Below are positions 10,148 through 22,100 of a stretch of DNA of 64,000 nt, in pieces. Below the pieces are notes generated by a model. That model had not been told where the DNA came from. It did no database searches and saw only the letters and a program-made list of their open reading frames with translations. Source of the DNA: a virus; the IMG/VR virus record IMGVR_UViG_3300032282_005033, positions 1 to 64,000 of that record; one strand, given 5' to 3'. The translations under genes and the position numbers were made by a program. Within the stretch, counting starts at the first letter, position 1, and the number at the start of each line of letters is the position of its first letter.

Positions 10148-12814
10148 TTAGATTAATTTATCTTTATACTTATTATCAAATTTAATAAAATTATTAACAA
10201 ATGTATTATCTTTATTTATTGAAAATTTAAACAATAATCTATCCACAGAATAGTTATCTTGTGTTCCATTTAAATTTCTTAATATAATTCTATACCTAAA
10301 TACCTCAGGTATATATTGATATAGTACTCTAAAAGATTGAGTAATTGGTTTATTAAACATAATGTATCTGCCTGAGTGAGTAAATAATACAGAATCTGTA
10401 CTGTAAAAATATGGGTTCTGCGCATCGGTTAACAAATAATTTGTTATATTAGTTGCGATTGTGCCATCAGCCATTATAATTTTAATTGGTGAATACGATG
10501 AATAGTCGAAATTACCCGATGTGCTTTTTGATGTTGCTATTGTTCCATTTATAGCAGAATATGAAGCGTTTACAAATTTAGACTGATCTATGTAAGGCAA
10601 ATGAGAAAGTTGAATTGAGTTACTAGTCCCCGTGCCATCAAATATTTCGCCACTATAACCACTTGAGCTTGCTGTTACAAGTATCGGTGTTGACATTGCT
10701 TTGGAAAACAAATTTATTTCTTTATAATTTGCTATATTAAACGGTGTATATGATATAAAATAATTTTTATTTTTATTAAAATTTAATACACTTATATTTT
10801 TTCCACTTAAAGAATATGTTCCATAGTCTCTTCTTATGCCGTCTTCATAAAGAATAACTGATTCTTGATTCGGTATAAATCTAAGAGAACCTTTTCCGGC
10901 TATATCTAAGAAAAGATATTCGCTTCTAATATAGGTATCATTGAATGGTATTAGCGGTATCCAATCAGTCTCTTGAGAAGGATTATCCACAATTGAAACA
11001 CTAAACTCTACAGATGTTGAATCAAAACCTGAATTAAATTGTGATCTTAAAAGCTCAGGGAAGTACTCAGCCATCATTTTAGTCTTAAGTGGCATGCCTT
11101 CGATGGGCATTTTTTTGCTAACAAACACTGATCTTCTTCCTGGAGAAGTGCTGCTAGTAGTTTCCGAAACTGTAAACAAGGCTATATTTTTAAGAGAGAA
11201 CATATACTCGTATAGGCCTGGTGTTTCTATATTATTCAATAGTGTTGCGGCGTCAAGCTGGTTGAAAGAGTTGTAGGATTCCTCAACAAAATGCGCATTC
11301 CTGTTGCCAATATTTGAGTCACCCAATGGTACTAACCCGCCAGATCTATACATCGCAGCATTTTTTACAGTATCTTTTAAGTTAGATTCTATATATGTGG
11401 ACTTGACTAAGCTTCTTAGCCTTGAACCAAGCGAATAGGAAATCACAGAAAATACCACATTTGATAATAAACTTGTATTTCTAAACTTATTATATGAATC
11501 TAAATCTGAATAATAGTTGTTTCTTTTTATTTCTTTTAAAACACCAACACTTTTTTTAGACAAATCTGTTGGATAATAATTTGTATAATCATAGTTGTAT
11601 AATTTTTTATTTCTAATAATATAGTCTCTAGCATAATCTTTGATAAAGAATTTAATAACCATGTCTTGTAGTTTGTCATGATTCTTTTTTCTTTCTACTC
11701 TGACAGCTTTAGCTATTTGATTGACAAGCTTAGAATTTAATTCAGACTGAAGAGGAGCTATTCTTGTTTTTGCATACTCTTTTTGCGAAAAAAATATGAT
11801 AATAGACCTTACATGATTGCTACCACCAAAGTCTATATCCAAACTCTTTTCTGCATAGACAGCTGAAGAGAGTATTGGTATTTTTTTGAATTGGTTTGTG
11901 CTTGAATTAGTTTGTGTATTTGATGAATCAGTTTCTAAAACTACCTGAGTTATATACAAACCCTTGGTTGTATTAGGCAATACTCTTAATCTTGAAGCTT
12001 GAACATAGGTATTAAAAATTATTTCAACAGCTATTTGAGCAGAAGAATCTACGCTAACGCCATTCTGAAATAATTTAAATTCCTCTCTGTCAAACAACGA
12101 TCCAGTCACCACAAACGGTGTTTTAACTGTCATATTCCAAGTTTTTGCTGATGAATTATTAAATACATTATCTATGCCTGTATTACTTGAAATATATTCT
12201 TCAGAAAAATTTGTATAATAATTTAATTCCTTAATATTTGATTTTTCTAAATTGATTAATGATTCTTCAAACGAAGAAGAAAACTTTAAAGAGTTAGTTG
12301 CCTTATCTATAAAGGCTCTTTCTTTTGGTAGAAATTTATTTCCATCTCTATCTGGAATTTGTAAATTTGAATTTTCATATATATATGAATTTTTGTCATT
12401 ATCAAAATTTTCTATTAAAGAATCATTATACAAATCATCTTCACCAGAAATAAAAGAATAATTGTTTATAAAAGACTCTAAATAAATAATATCTTTTTCT
12501 ATTTTTTCTACTTCACCAGAAAATATAGATTCCATAGAAGCCCTCAACAAAGACAGCGAATTAACAATATCAAAATTTGTTTTGATTCTTAAATCCATAT
12601 CCCTAAATAGATCTATCATAGGTTCTCTTTGCAGAGAAGACAACGAATTAACATAGGATGGAATGTAATCCGCAGCAGACGCAAAGGATCCAACTTTTTT
12701 AATTAGGTTTCCTATTTGAGCTTTTTCAATAGTTGACTCAGATAATACTGAATCAACAGTCCTTCTGGCTTGCCTACTGAAAGAAGATACATAGTCGCTT
12801 AAATGTGGAATCAT
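10148..12814 (-). CDS. Baseplate/tail structural protein (888 aa)
   Basis: Long ORF whose start directly abuts the upstream stop (TAG-ATG), with architecture similar to the adjacent structural genes. Confidence 0.55.
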   Translation of the reverse strand: MIPHLSDYVSSFSRQARRTVDSVLSESTIEKAQIGNLIKKVGSFASAADYIPSYVNSLSSLQREPMIDLFRDMDLRIKTNFDIVNSLSLLRASMESIFSGEVEKIEKDIIYLESFINNYSFISGEDDLYNDSLIENFDNDKNSYIYENSNLQIPDRDGNKFLPKERAFIDKATNSLKFSSSFEESLINLEKSNIKELNYYTNFSEEYISSNTGIDNVFNNSSAKTWNMTVKTPFVVTGSLFDREEFKLFQNGVSVDSSAQIAVEIIFNTYVQASRLRVLPNTTKGLYITQVVLETDSSNTQTNSSTNQFKKIPILSSAVYAEKSLDIDFGGSNHVRSIIIFFSQKEYAKTRIAPLQSELNSKLVNQIAKAVRVERKKNHDKLQDMVIKFFIKDYARDYIIRNKKLYNYDYTNYYPTDLSKKSVGVLKEIKRNNYYSDLDSYNKFRNTSLLSNVVFSVISYSLGSRLRSLVKSTYIESNLKDTVKNAAMYRSGGLVPLGDSNIGNRNAHFVEESYNSFNQLDAATLLNNIETPGLYEYMFSLKNIALFTVSETTSSTSPGRRSVFVSKKMPIEGMPLKTKMMAEYFPELLRSQFNSGFDSTSVEFSVSIVDNPSQETDWIPLIPFNDTYIRSEYLFLDIAGKGSLRFIPNQESVILYEDGIRRDYGTYSLSGKNISVLNFNKNKNYFISYTPFNIANYKEINLFSKAMSTPILVTASSSGYSGEIFDGTGTSNSIQLSHLPYIDQSKFVNASYSAINGTIATSKSTSGNFDYSSYSPIKIIMADGTIATNITNYLLTDAQNPYFYSTDSVLFTHSGRYIMFNKPITQSFRVLYQYIPEVFRYRIILRNLNGTQDNYSVDRLLFKFSINKDNTFVNNFIKFDNKYKDKLI

Positions 12815-15800
12815 CTAAATTGTTCTCCAATCATTTCCGTCCATATCTTGTATTTCAAAAGCAACACCAGCGGTGAGGTTTGATCTAACAATATTGTATA
12901 TATATTCTTTAGAAGTAAAATTATCATTTACTTCTTTTGGTATTTTAATTATAACATAGCCACCATTTGGATACAAATAGCCTTTGCCAGAAATAACGTC
13001 CGCAAATGAAAGAATATTTGGTTTTTCATCAACCAGGTTTTGCATTGGTGTACCCGCTGAAATTCCTCCACCCTTTACTCTTAGGTCTAAGAAACTCATA
13101 TTTTCTAAGTCAAAAGAATTATTTACAACAGAAGTGCCAATATGTATGGCAAATGGATTGTAGTTTACAGATCTAGGATTAAAAATAGAATAATCAACCG
13201 TGAACTGTATTGGAGTTGTTGCCAACGAATAATCAGCAACGGGGACATATTCTCCATTTACCAGCTGTTCTACTTCAGTTGGTAACAAGTAAAAATGTAC
13301 TGGTTTAATAAAATTACCATTATCTTTTAGAACTTCTTGTAAAGTTATTGTGTTCTGATCAAATAAGTAAGTATAACCACTGTGGGCAGTAAACGGATTC
13401 AATGGCAACTCGACCCCATCAATATGGTATATTTTAATATTTGGATTTTTTACAACGTACGTGACCCTAATGTCTGATGGATCAGAAGGAACAATTTCTT
13501 TAGAAAAAGATATTGTTCCAGTATGCTTATTATAATTTCGAATTTGATTTAAACCAATTTCAACCCATTCTAAGTTTTGATTTTTTATAGATACTTTTAA
13601 CCAAGGCTCTATTGGACTTGCATCAGTTAAGTAATTTATCATACCTAATTTATTTAACTGTTGCTGAGTACAGTACACTGAACCGTGTCTTAATTGTATG
13701 TCTGTTTCTGACAAAACAATTGGATTTTCTTCAAATACATCATAATATCCAGATCCAAATATATCCGACGAAGGAATTTGTATTTTAGTTGTATCAAAGA
13801 AACAGCGTAATTCAACGCCCTTATAATTCTTTAACCAATTTGTAAAATTATAATTTAATGGAGGAGTTATCTTTTTATAAAACCTTCCACGACTTACATT
13901 AATAAACCATTCATCAAATTTTGATAAATCTTTTGGTGGATTTGAAATAGATATTTTTGCCCTATCGCTAATCTTAACCGAATAAACTGGACAAATAGAT
14001 TTTGCTGGGAATTGGAATTCTGATAAAGCTCCAAATCTATTATCTATTCCTATTATGTTTGTTGAAGTTGCTGCATTTCTGTCTGCGTCATAGGCTATAA
14101 GGCCTATGTACAAGTCTCTCATATGCGTTGTGTAATACTGATATGATAATTTTTTGCCTAAAAATTCTCTTGTTGAAATATTGTAGAAGCCCCATTGCAA
14201 CCCGTCAGGAGGAGGCACAGAAACTCCATTTGCATCTTTTAAATTCCATTTAAGAATCGTACTGCCAAATGAAGTTTCAACATTTGCTTGACCCAAGAAA
14301 CTATTATAATTAGGAAAACCTTCAGGTTGACCAAGTGAGTTTGTTAAAACAACAGCACCATCTTTTGCATTAATTGACAGCTTCTTATTTTGCCTTGAGT
14401 TTAGGCCCTTAATATCAGCATCTGCTACATAAAAGTTGCTTACTTCTTTTTCTACTGAAGTTTCTATTGACTCCAACTCAACACCATTAGTAGTTGTAAT
14501 TTGATACCACGGTGCCCTAGTCGAGACAATGCTAAATTGAGCACTTATTTCCCCACTTGTCAGTTGTGTTGGAGTAGTGATTCCACTTCTGGCTATAGAC
14601 GTAATTGCAGGACTCACCCCACCAATATAACTTGACGTACTAAGACTCTCTACAACTACCGTAGCCGTATTGTATGTCCAGCTATAATTACTATTGTCAA
14701 ATGCCTGTGATGGAGAGTAAATTAATTTATCTATTCCTTGCGTATCTGAAAGAATTGCTGGATTCCCATCGGCATCGATAATTTGATTTCCTGCACTGTC
14801 TTTTAATTCTCCATATACATCTATAGAATCTAGGTATATCGCAGTGATTGTTGAACCAGGATATCCAATTGCATCAGCAATTGATCCCAGTTTAAATAAA
14901 CCAAAATCACCGGATTGCAATGTTGTTTTGCCGTATATTCTTCCGTGAGCTGTAGCCGATGCAATAGAATTACCTTCTGCACTAAGTTCAGGGAGTGCAT
15001 CTTTTCCTTTTTCTGGTGTTGTTATTTTAAAAGCAACATCTCTGAGAGAAAAACCTTCAGCGTACGGTCCAAGTACTGGGTCATTTAATTTATTTCCCCA
15101 AACTTCTACCATAACATATTTAATTCCTTGAAGATTTCCACAATCAATCCATTCTCCAGCACCAGCAGCTATTGTTAAGCCCGGTGTTATTGAACTTTTT
15201 GCTCTTATTGAAGAACCAGGAAGTGGGGCTTCGTGTTTTGTTGCTGTTAGATTTTGATCGTAAAAATATACATTCTTTACGGTAACTGGCCAAGATCCAG
15301 CTGCTATGTATAATTTTTCAAGTTTTTGCCATTTCTGAGCCGTTCCAGAAGTATTTTGAACTTGTTTAACTTTCATGATTATGAAGTCTTGTATTCTTTG
15401 TGGTCCTGCAGTTCCGGTAAAGCTTATTCTTCTATATTCTTTTCCTGAAGGCACCTGACCAATATCTGAATAAACTAATGCATTGTCTATGTATACTTTT
15501 GCATCCTGTGGCGCTGCTGCATAATATTGGTTAAACTTAGTTGGATTGTGTTTTTTCAAATCTAGCCAGTACATTGCCATTACTGATTTTGTTTGTGAAT
15601 CTGTTATTGCATCAACCCAGTCAAGATTTTTTTGTGACTGATAAGTTTTTACTGCTGCTGATGTTGCAGCATCGTACACCCCAGTTAATTTAACTGCTAA
15701 ATTAGCTTCTTTATTTAAAGTGTATTGAATATACAAAACATATTTATTTGTTACAAGTCCACTTCCAGCATTTGCAGCAGGTGTATTGACAGTAATTGTT

Positions 15801-18800
15801 TGTGTTGTAATTATCGGAGCTGCTGCGGTATTTAACCTTGGCTCATATAATTCCCAAGTATCAAACATTTTTTTAAGAACATCAGCTATTGAATAAGTGC
15901 GCGACGGCATTAGGTTTTGTGATGTATAGTAGTATTTGTCTTGAAAAGAACTAAAATCACTATTTATTGCATATGTTGAACCGTACCTAGAGACAAACCA
16001 GTATATGTGAGAACCTCTGCCATTTGCAAACAAACCTTCTTCTGTGCCCCAAGCTGTTCCAGTAAATGAACTCTTTATAGCTGCTGATTCACTAACTGGT
16101 GGTATAACAGATTCATCATAACCTCTGTTCGCAACGGTTCCACCGAGAACTCCTGTGACGGTTGTTGTTGTAGTAACAGTATTTGATCCAGATTGTCCAG
16201 AAACAGTGCCGCTACCTGAACCATAAATCATATACTCATCGGATCTACCCGATGTAGGTATATCATTGGTGTATACAAAGTTATTTATTGGCTTACTTGT
16301 ATCTTTTGGTTTCTTTGATAATAAATCAGTTGCAGAATAAATATTTGTTGGAAACAACTTGCCGTTATAAACGTAGGTACTTCCTGTAACAGCTTTTTCA
16401 TTTTCATCTACCTCTCTGTAGATGTCAGAGTGTGTCCCATCCGGTGTAGCCTCAGTAGCTTTTTGAGTTATAACTTTTGCGTTCTTTATAACTGCGTCTA
16501 AGTCTGTTGTAAATGAAGTTGACCAGTTAACATCATATGTGTACTTATTTGCCTTAAGTTGCGTAACAAAAACTTGTGTTTTAAAAGCATAATCGTAATC
16601 TCTTACGAATTGGCTTCCTGGCAAATATTCTTTTGGTGTATTTATTATTGAGTTTGATTTTGCTTCATATGATTGATCCTGAGAATAGTCAAGTATTATA
16701 TAAGGATAATAAATTGATTTAATATCAAATTCTTTTGAGTATACTTTTGAATACGCATCTATTGTTAATTGACTAGAAGATAATTTATTCTTTGCAGCGG
16801 TGTTTAATTTATGTATACTATAGGAAGTTTTAACATCTGCAAAAATATAATTTGTATTATCAATTGTTGAGAAATTTAAAAAACCAACATTGTCATTTGA
16901 ACACTCAATATAAAATTCCACATTACTAAAATCAGAAGCTATTAATGTTTCAGAGTCAACTTGCATTGATGTAGCTTCAAAATCATCTAGTAAAAGTTTA
17001 CCTAAAGAAGAATTAATTTCTCTGCAGAAATTTGTATCAGTAGATTGAACCGTAACGTTGTCTGTTTTTTCAATTGTTTTTTCAGAAAACTTAAACAGTT
17101 GTTTTTCATCATCAAATAGAACATTAATTTTACCATTAGAATCTTTTTTGCCATTAATAGTCCAAGAATTTCTCCATGGTGATATGTTCCAAACAACAGC
17201 AGAATCTTGAGAAAATTTTAATTTACTATTAACTTTATTTTTATTACACTCGGATATTATATTCATAAACAGATAGTTTGCCCCAAGGGAAGCTTGGCTA
17301 TACCCTAATTGGATTTGGCTACCCACTTTACCGAGTGGAAAGTTATTTAACAAATCATTGTTTGGTACAGAAACTCCAGTGCCACTTGACCCATAATTAT
17401 CATTAACAAATGCTAAAATTGGGTTTAGAGAAAACACAGCAAATGGAGAAAACTCTGAGTTTAAATTATACTTATCTTTTATAACTGTTGTATACTTTAC
17501 CCCACCATCCAAGATCCAAGCAATCGATTTAGCTGTACCATCCGATGCTTCTGGGCTACTGGAAAATGCCCTAACTGGCCTAACTGCATTGCTGTTAAAT
17601 ACATCTATCCTAGTCCCAAAAACACCAAAATGTTTTATAGACGTGCTTTCTGTATAGTCCGCCATGTCCAAGCTATTGAAGACACTTTCTCCATTTACAT
17701 AATCATCTGCCAGTTGCAATAAACCTGTTGTTTTTAATGTAGAATTTAAATTAAAATTAAAAGAAGATAATCCAGAAGTATTTAAATTAGTTTGGTCAAG
17801 ATTTGAACAATCAACAAATACAGAAATACCATGATCCATCATCATGTCTATTGTTCTTTTTTGGTTAGCTGTTATTGCTTGGTTTGGCGTCCAAACAACA
17901 AAGTCTAAATCAAACCCATTTGACAGTGAGGCGTAGTTTGAAACATAATTGTCTATGTCTACACACCAATAATTTTTTTGTGTTTTGTTACTTCCTGTAG
18001 GAGCAAATGGATTATTAAATAAAAAGTTTTGCTGGTTAAAAGCGGCTTCTTCAAGGTTGGCAAACACATAGGCATTTTTTGCATTAGTTATGCTACCAGA
18101 ATAGAGTACTGCTACATTCAAAACAGCTCTTTCAGTATCTTCATACTTGTCAATTACTTTACTAAAATCATAATTAATTTTAGCTAATAACCTCCAGTTA
18201 AAATTTTGAAAAGTTCTTGGGTCTTGAATTGCTTTTTTAGGTGTTACAACTTTCCAACCTTCATCTTCGGTTTTTGATTTGAGCAACCTGTTTTCTTTAT
18301 GCGCAAAAAGTTGAGTTGAATAAACTCTTCTATTAAAAGAAGAGGGATCAATTACTTCAGTTTCTTCTACAGCGTATGAGTATGTCGGTATCGCATTAAT
18401 ATATTCCTTGTAATTAAGGAACTGATTGTAAGGTAGATTGTCAGAAGTTTTTTCATATTTATCGTAAACAAGATATAAACCAATTGGATCAGATGCATCT
18501 AGTGTAACAATTATTCTGCAAAATTCTGACTGCAGGGTCCTGCCTGGATATTCATATTTTTCTATATATACCTGATATTTATTATTTCCATATTCATCTG
18601 AATACTTGTTCCCAGAACCATCTACTACTCTAATATTATATTTATCTGGATCATTAATTTTTATCGAATTTTGTATTCCAGAATAGATTGAAGCAGTAGC
18701 TGGTATGATTGTAAAAAATCTACTTACATAATAACTATGAGCAAAAAGTGAACTTTCAAATTCGTCAATTCTTGAGGTATAATTTTTATCCGTTATAGAA

Positions 18801-19129
18801 TCAGTATTGTCCATAAGAAAATTACTTATGGATACTTCTGAGTTTTTAACTATTGGAGAATGTTTTACTTGATGTAGTTGTGCGTTGCTTTTTGCGTATC
18901 TAAGTACACCAAATTCATCTGCATACATCATGAAATCATCTTCTGTTGCCATATTATTTGCGGCATTTTCTGGCGTCAGACCAGAAAGGTCAACAACGTT
19001 TAAGTAATTTTTTGGTGTTATTTCTTCTGATGAAAACCAACCCAAATTTACTGCATCATCGGGGAGTGATGAACCAGTCCTAATTGCATTTTCAAAACCG
19101 TTATCAGTAATATTAGAAAATGGCTTCAC
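12815..19129 (-). CDS. Large tail/baseplate protein (2104 aa) with an internal peptidoglycan-binding domain
   Basis: GTG start with GAGG RBS. VLYIQYTLN...TGVYDAATSAAVKTYQSQKNL.WVDAITDSQT matches the PG_binding_1 three-helix pattern. Confidence 0.65.
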   Translation of the reverse strand: MKPFSNITDNGFENAIRTGSSLPDDAVNLGWFSSEEITPKNYLNVVDLSGLTPENAANNMATEDDFMMYADEFGVLRYAKSNAQLHQVKHSPIVKNSEVSISNFLMDNTDSITDKNYTSRIDEFESSLFAHSYYVSRFFTIIPATASIYSGIQNSIKINDPDKYNIRVVDGSGNKYSDEYGNNKYQVYIEKYEYPGRTLQSEFCRIIVTLDASDPIGLYLVYDKYEKTSDNLPYNQFLNYKEYINAIPTYSYAVEETEVIDPSSFNRRVYSTQLFAHKENRLLKSKTEDEGWKVVTPKKAIQDPRTFQNFNWRLLAKINYDFSKVIDKYEDTERAVLNVAVLYSGSITNAKNAYVFANLEEAAFNQQNFLFNNPFAPTGSNKTQKNYWCVDIDNYVSNYASLSNGFDLDFVVWTPNQAITANQKRTIDMMMDHGISVFVDCSNLDQTNLNTSGLSSFNFNLNSTLKTTGLLQLADDYVNGESVFNSLDMADYTESTSIKHFGVFGTRIDVFNSNAVRPVRAFSSSPEASDGTAKSIAWILDGGVKYTTVIKDKYNLNSEFSPFAVFSLNPILAFVNDNYGSSGTGVSVPNNDLLNNFPLGKVGSQIQLGYSQASLGANYLFMNIISECNKNKVNSKLKFSQDSAVVWNISPWRNSWTINGKKDSNGKINVLFDDEKQLFKFSEKTIEKTDNVTVQSTDTNFCREINSSLGKLLLDDFEATSMQVDSETLIASDFSNVEFYIECSNDNVGFLNFSTIDNTNYIFADVKTSYSIHKLNTAAKNKLSSSQLTIDAYSKVYSKEFDIKSIYYPYIILDYSQDQSYEAKSNSIINTPKEYLPGSQFVRDYDYAFKTQVFVTQLKANKYTYDVNWSTSFTTDLDAVIKNAKVITQKATEATPDGTHSDIYREVDENEKAVTGSTYVYNGKLFPTNIYSATDLLSKKPKDTSKPINNFVYTNDIPTSGRSDEYMIYGSGSGTVSGQSGSNTVTTTTTVTGVLGGTVANRGYDESVIPPVSESAAIKSSFTGTAWGTEEGLFANGRGSHIYWFVSRYGSTYAINSDFSSFQDKYYYTSQNLMPSRTYSIADVLKKMFDTWELYEPRLNTAAAPIITTQTITVNTPAANAGSGLVTNKYVLYIQYTLNKEANLAVKLTGVYDAATSAAVKTYQSQKNLDWVDAITDSQTKSVMAMYWLDLKKHNPTKFNQYYAAAPQDAKVYIDNALVYSDIGQVPSGKEYRRISFTGTAGPQRIQDFIIMKVKQVQNTSGTAQKWQKLEKLYIAAGSWPVTVKNVYFYDQNLTATKHEAPLPGSSIRAKSSITPGLTIAAGAGEWIDCGNLQGIKYVMVEVWGNKLNDPVLGPYAEGFSLRDVAFKITTPEKGKDALPELSAEGNSIASATAHGRIYGKTTLQSGDFGLFKLGSIADAIGYPGSTITAIYLDSIDVYGELKDSAGNQIIDADGNPAILSDTQGIDKLIYSPSQAFDNSNYSWTYNTATVVVESLSTSSYIGGVSPAITSIARSGITTPTQLTSGEISAQFSIVSTRAPWYQITTTNGVELESIETSVEKEVSNFYVADADIKGLNSRQNKKLSINAKDGAVVLTNSLGQPEGFPNYNSFLGQANVETSFGSTILKWNLKDANGVSVPPPDGLQWGFYNISTREFLGKKLSYQYYTTHMRDLYIGLIAYDADRNAATSTNIIGIDNRFGALSEFQFPAKSICPVYSVKISDRAKISISNPPKDLSKFDEWFINVSRGRFYKKITPPLNYNFTNWLKNYKGVELRCFFDTTKIQIPSSDIFGSGYYDVFEENPIVLSETDIQLRHGSVYCTQQQLNKLGMINYLTDASPIEPWLKVSIKNQNLEWVEIGLNQIRNYNKHTGTISFSKEIVPSDPSDIRVTYVVKNPNIKIYHIDGVELPLNPFTAHSGYTYLFDQNTITLQEVLKDNGNFIKPVHFYLLPTEVEQLVNGEYVPVADYSLATTPIQFTVDYSIFNPRSVNYNPFAIHIGTSVVNNSFDLENMSFLDLRVKGGGISAGTPMQNLVDEKPNILSFADVISGKGYLYPNGGYVIIKIPKEVNDNFTSKEYIYNIVRSNLTAGVAFEIQDMDGNDWRTI

Positions 19130-19131
19130 TA

Positions 19132-22100
19132 TTATTCCTCTTCATAGTCTGGGTGGAGATTCTTATAGCTCTCAACAACATATGGCGTAGCCCCTAAAAG
19201 ACCCATTTGATATTGTTCATATCTAGATACAGGATACCATTTTGGTAAGTTCCAAGAATTTTTAAAACTATTTTCATAAAACACTTTATCTGTATTAGGG
19301 TTCTTTTTAAATACTGGGTTTTCTAAATAATGATAATAATTCGTTGTACTACCTTCAACAGAAGTTAAAGTAGGTTCGGCCGAATTTGACTGGTTAACAT
19401 CATATCTCTCATACCAGTAAACTATATCTCCTGCTATAGTAACAGGATTGGCGTTAGGAGTACTAGCAAATTCGCTATCTACTACAACAAACCAATAGCC
19501 CGGAGTTGCGTCGTTTTGAGCCCTATAGTGGCCTATGGAAAAATCACCATTTGAATTTGCCGTAGTCATTCCAGCCAATTGAGATTGATTTGGTTCTGAG
19601 GTTGATGTAGAATAAGATCTATTTAAAGTTTCATAAAGATTTCTACCCCTTCTCCAATAAACCTTTGCATTTGGAGTGGCGTGTCCGATAATGTCTACTG
19701 TTTCTACCCCATCAGCATTTATGACTTTTTTTGTCACTTCTGAGGTAACTTTTTTAGGGACGTTTAATTGCGGTTTTACATAGTAATTTACTGTTGCAGA
19801 TGAAACCACGTTACCTTGCCAAGCGTCTAATGCATTTATGTATACATATTGTGTGGTGGGTGTGGCAACATTTGATCCAGTATATTTGATATATGCTCTT
19901 GCATAACCGTCTTCACCTGTTTGGACTGAGCTTGGAGTTGCGGATCCATTGGGTGTTATTATGTCTACATAATAAGCTTGTTTTGGATTTTTATTGATAT
20001 CTTTAGTCCAAATATTTAAAGCCATAAAATCTTTTGAATTAGCTATTATTTGATTTGGCGAAAGTTTTCCTTCGACTTTATCAAAATCATATTCATTATG
20101 CGATAAGTAAATATACCCTTCATCAACTGAAGTAATTAAAGGATTTAAAGGTAACACAAAATCTTCAAAATCACTGTCAAATACTGAAGACTCGTATGTG
20201 ACATCTATGTAGGGAGTACTACTTTCTGTATGTAATATATTAATTTTTGTTCTATAAGAATTATCAAATTCATTATAATATTGGTTATCAACAGTAAATG
20301 TTTTTTTAACTTTGTAAGTAATTTTATATTCTTTATTTTTTTCTATTAATCCTGTTGAATTTAATACTGAAGAATTAATTATATTATTTTCTGTACTTAA
20401 ACCAGTGGCTACAATTTCTCCAGTATATTGATCATATATTGTAATATCATAAACATCTTTATATGCTAATGCAATATAGTCATCAAATCTTGCGATAATG
20501 TATTCATAGTTATATTCAGACAGCGTGGTTGGTGTGGCTTCATCAAAAAAAGAAACTTGAGTATATTCTTCATCATCTACAGTCACAATTATTGGTGCGC
20601 CCTGTCTTGCAACCTGTGGTAATAAAAATTCAGTGTTGCTATATTCTGAATAAAATTTGGGTTTTGCGTAAATATATCTATCTTCACCATTTTGGTAATA
20701 CCAACCAGTTTTTATACTTGGATTAATTGAATAATTTTCCCTAAATAAATACTGAGCATAGAAAGGAACATTTTTTATATGGTACTTACCAGTAGTCGGA
20801 TTAAGATAATTCAAAAGTCCTTCTGGAGTTGCGCCTCCCACTTCCAACATTCTCTGCCACATTGATTGATCAACAAAAGATGAATCATAAACACTTGCCC
20901 CAAAATCTTTAGCGGTTTGCAACATAGAGGTATGCCATAGGCCATATATAGCTACATTATCATTTTCATTTAAAATTTCAATATCAGAAATCCATAAATT
21001 AGGAGACGATCCATAATCACCTAAACCAAAATCAGATCTTTGAAAATCAAAATATCCAATTAAATCAGGTTTTTTGTTATTCATTAACTGATAACTTGAA
21101 GTTGCACCATCGATTAAAACACCTTCATCAGATATATAAAAGTCTATTTGATTTTCATAATCAGCCGTAAACTTTTCCCAAGACATATAATCAAATGGAT
21201 ATAGTGAAGAGTCATTTGACGAAATGACCAGTTGATTAGGAGTTGATTTATATGGAAATTTAATATTTGTAAAATAGTAATTTACAGTTGATCCAACAGT
21301 ATTAATATAGCTTTCATGTTGATTAGGAGTAGCAAAATTTGGTGTGATAAAACTAAATAATATATTTGGCGTTGCAGGTATTAGGTAGGTTAGTCCATTA
21401 TCTCTATTTTTTGAAATTCCACCATAACCTTGATACGGTGGTGTAGACAAGTCTATGTCATATGAATCTTCAACAACATTTGATATGTGGACATATATAG
21501 GAGTTGCCCCATATGGGATCGTGAAATTTTTAACCACATCTTGTGGAGTAAACGTTATGTTTGTTTTTTGGGTAATATCATTTGAGTTATTTAGAGTGTT
21601 ACCAAAACGATGTGATCTTATTTTTGGAGTATTGACAATACGTTTTTTTGTTGGGTTATAAATTTGTGAACCAATTTTTAATTTTATCGCGTACGGCGAA
21701 TCATTTATTTGTGATGCAGTCTTTATAATTTTTTTAGAAGTATCTTTAGCATACGTGTTAGGGGTAGCATCTAGGAATCCTATCGTGGCGTAGTTCCCTG
21801 TTGCACCTGATGGTCCAGTAGCACTAACAAAGCTTATTGTTGCAGCATCGACGGCATAAAGTGGTATCTCAGACAGTCTATAGGACTCTGTGGCGGAGGC
21901 CGTAAATGTATTAGTATATGGATCTCCTGAACTGTTATAAAATACAGATTCTCCACTGGTGAAGTTAGAAGATGTGAATATATTTTTTACCAAAAATTCT
22001 GGCGAAGAACTTTGTCCGTATATGTTTTTTACATAATCAATATATCTTGCTTTATAAACCGCGTCGTTTGGTATGTCCCCGTGTAAATTCAGTAGTAGTT

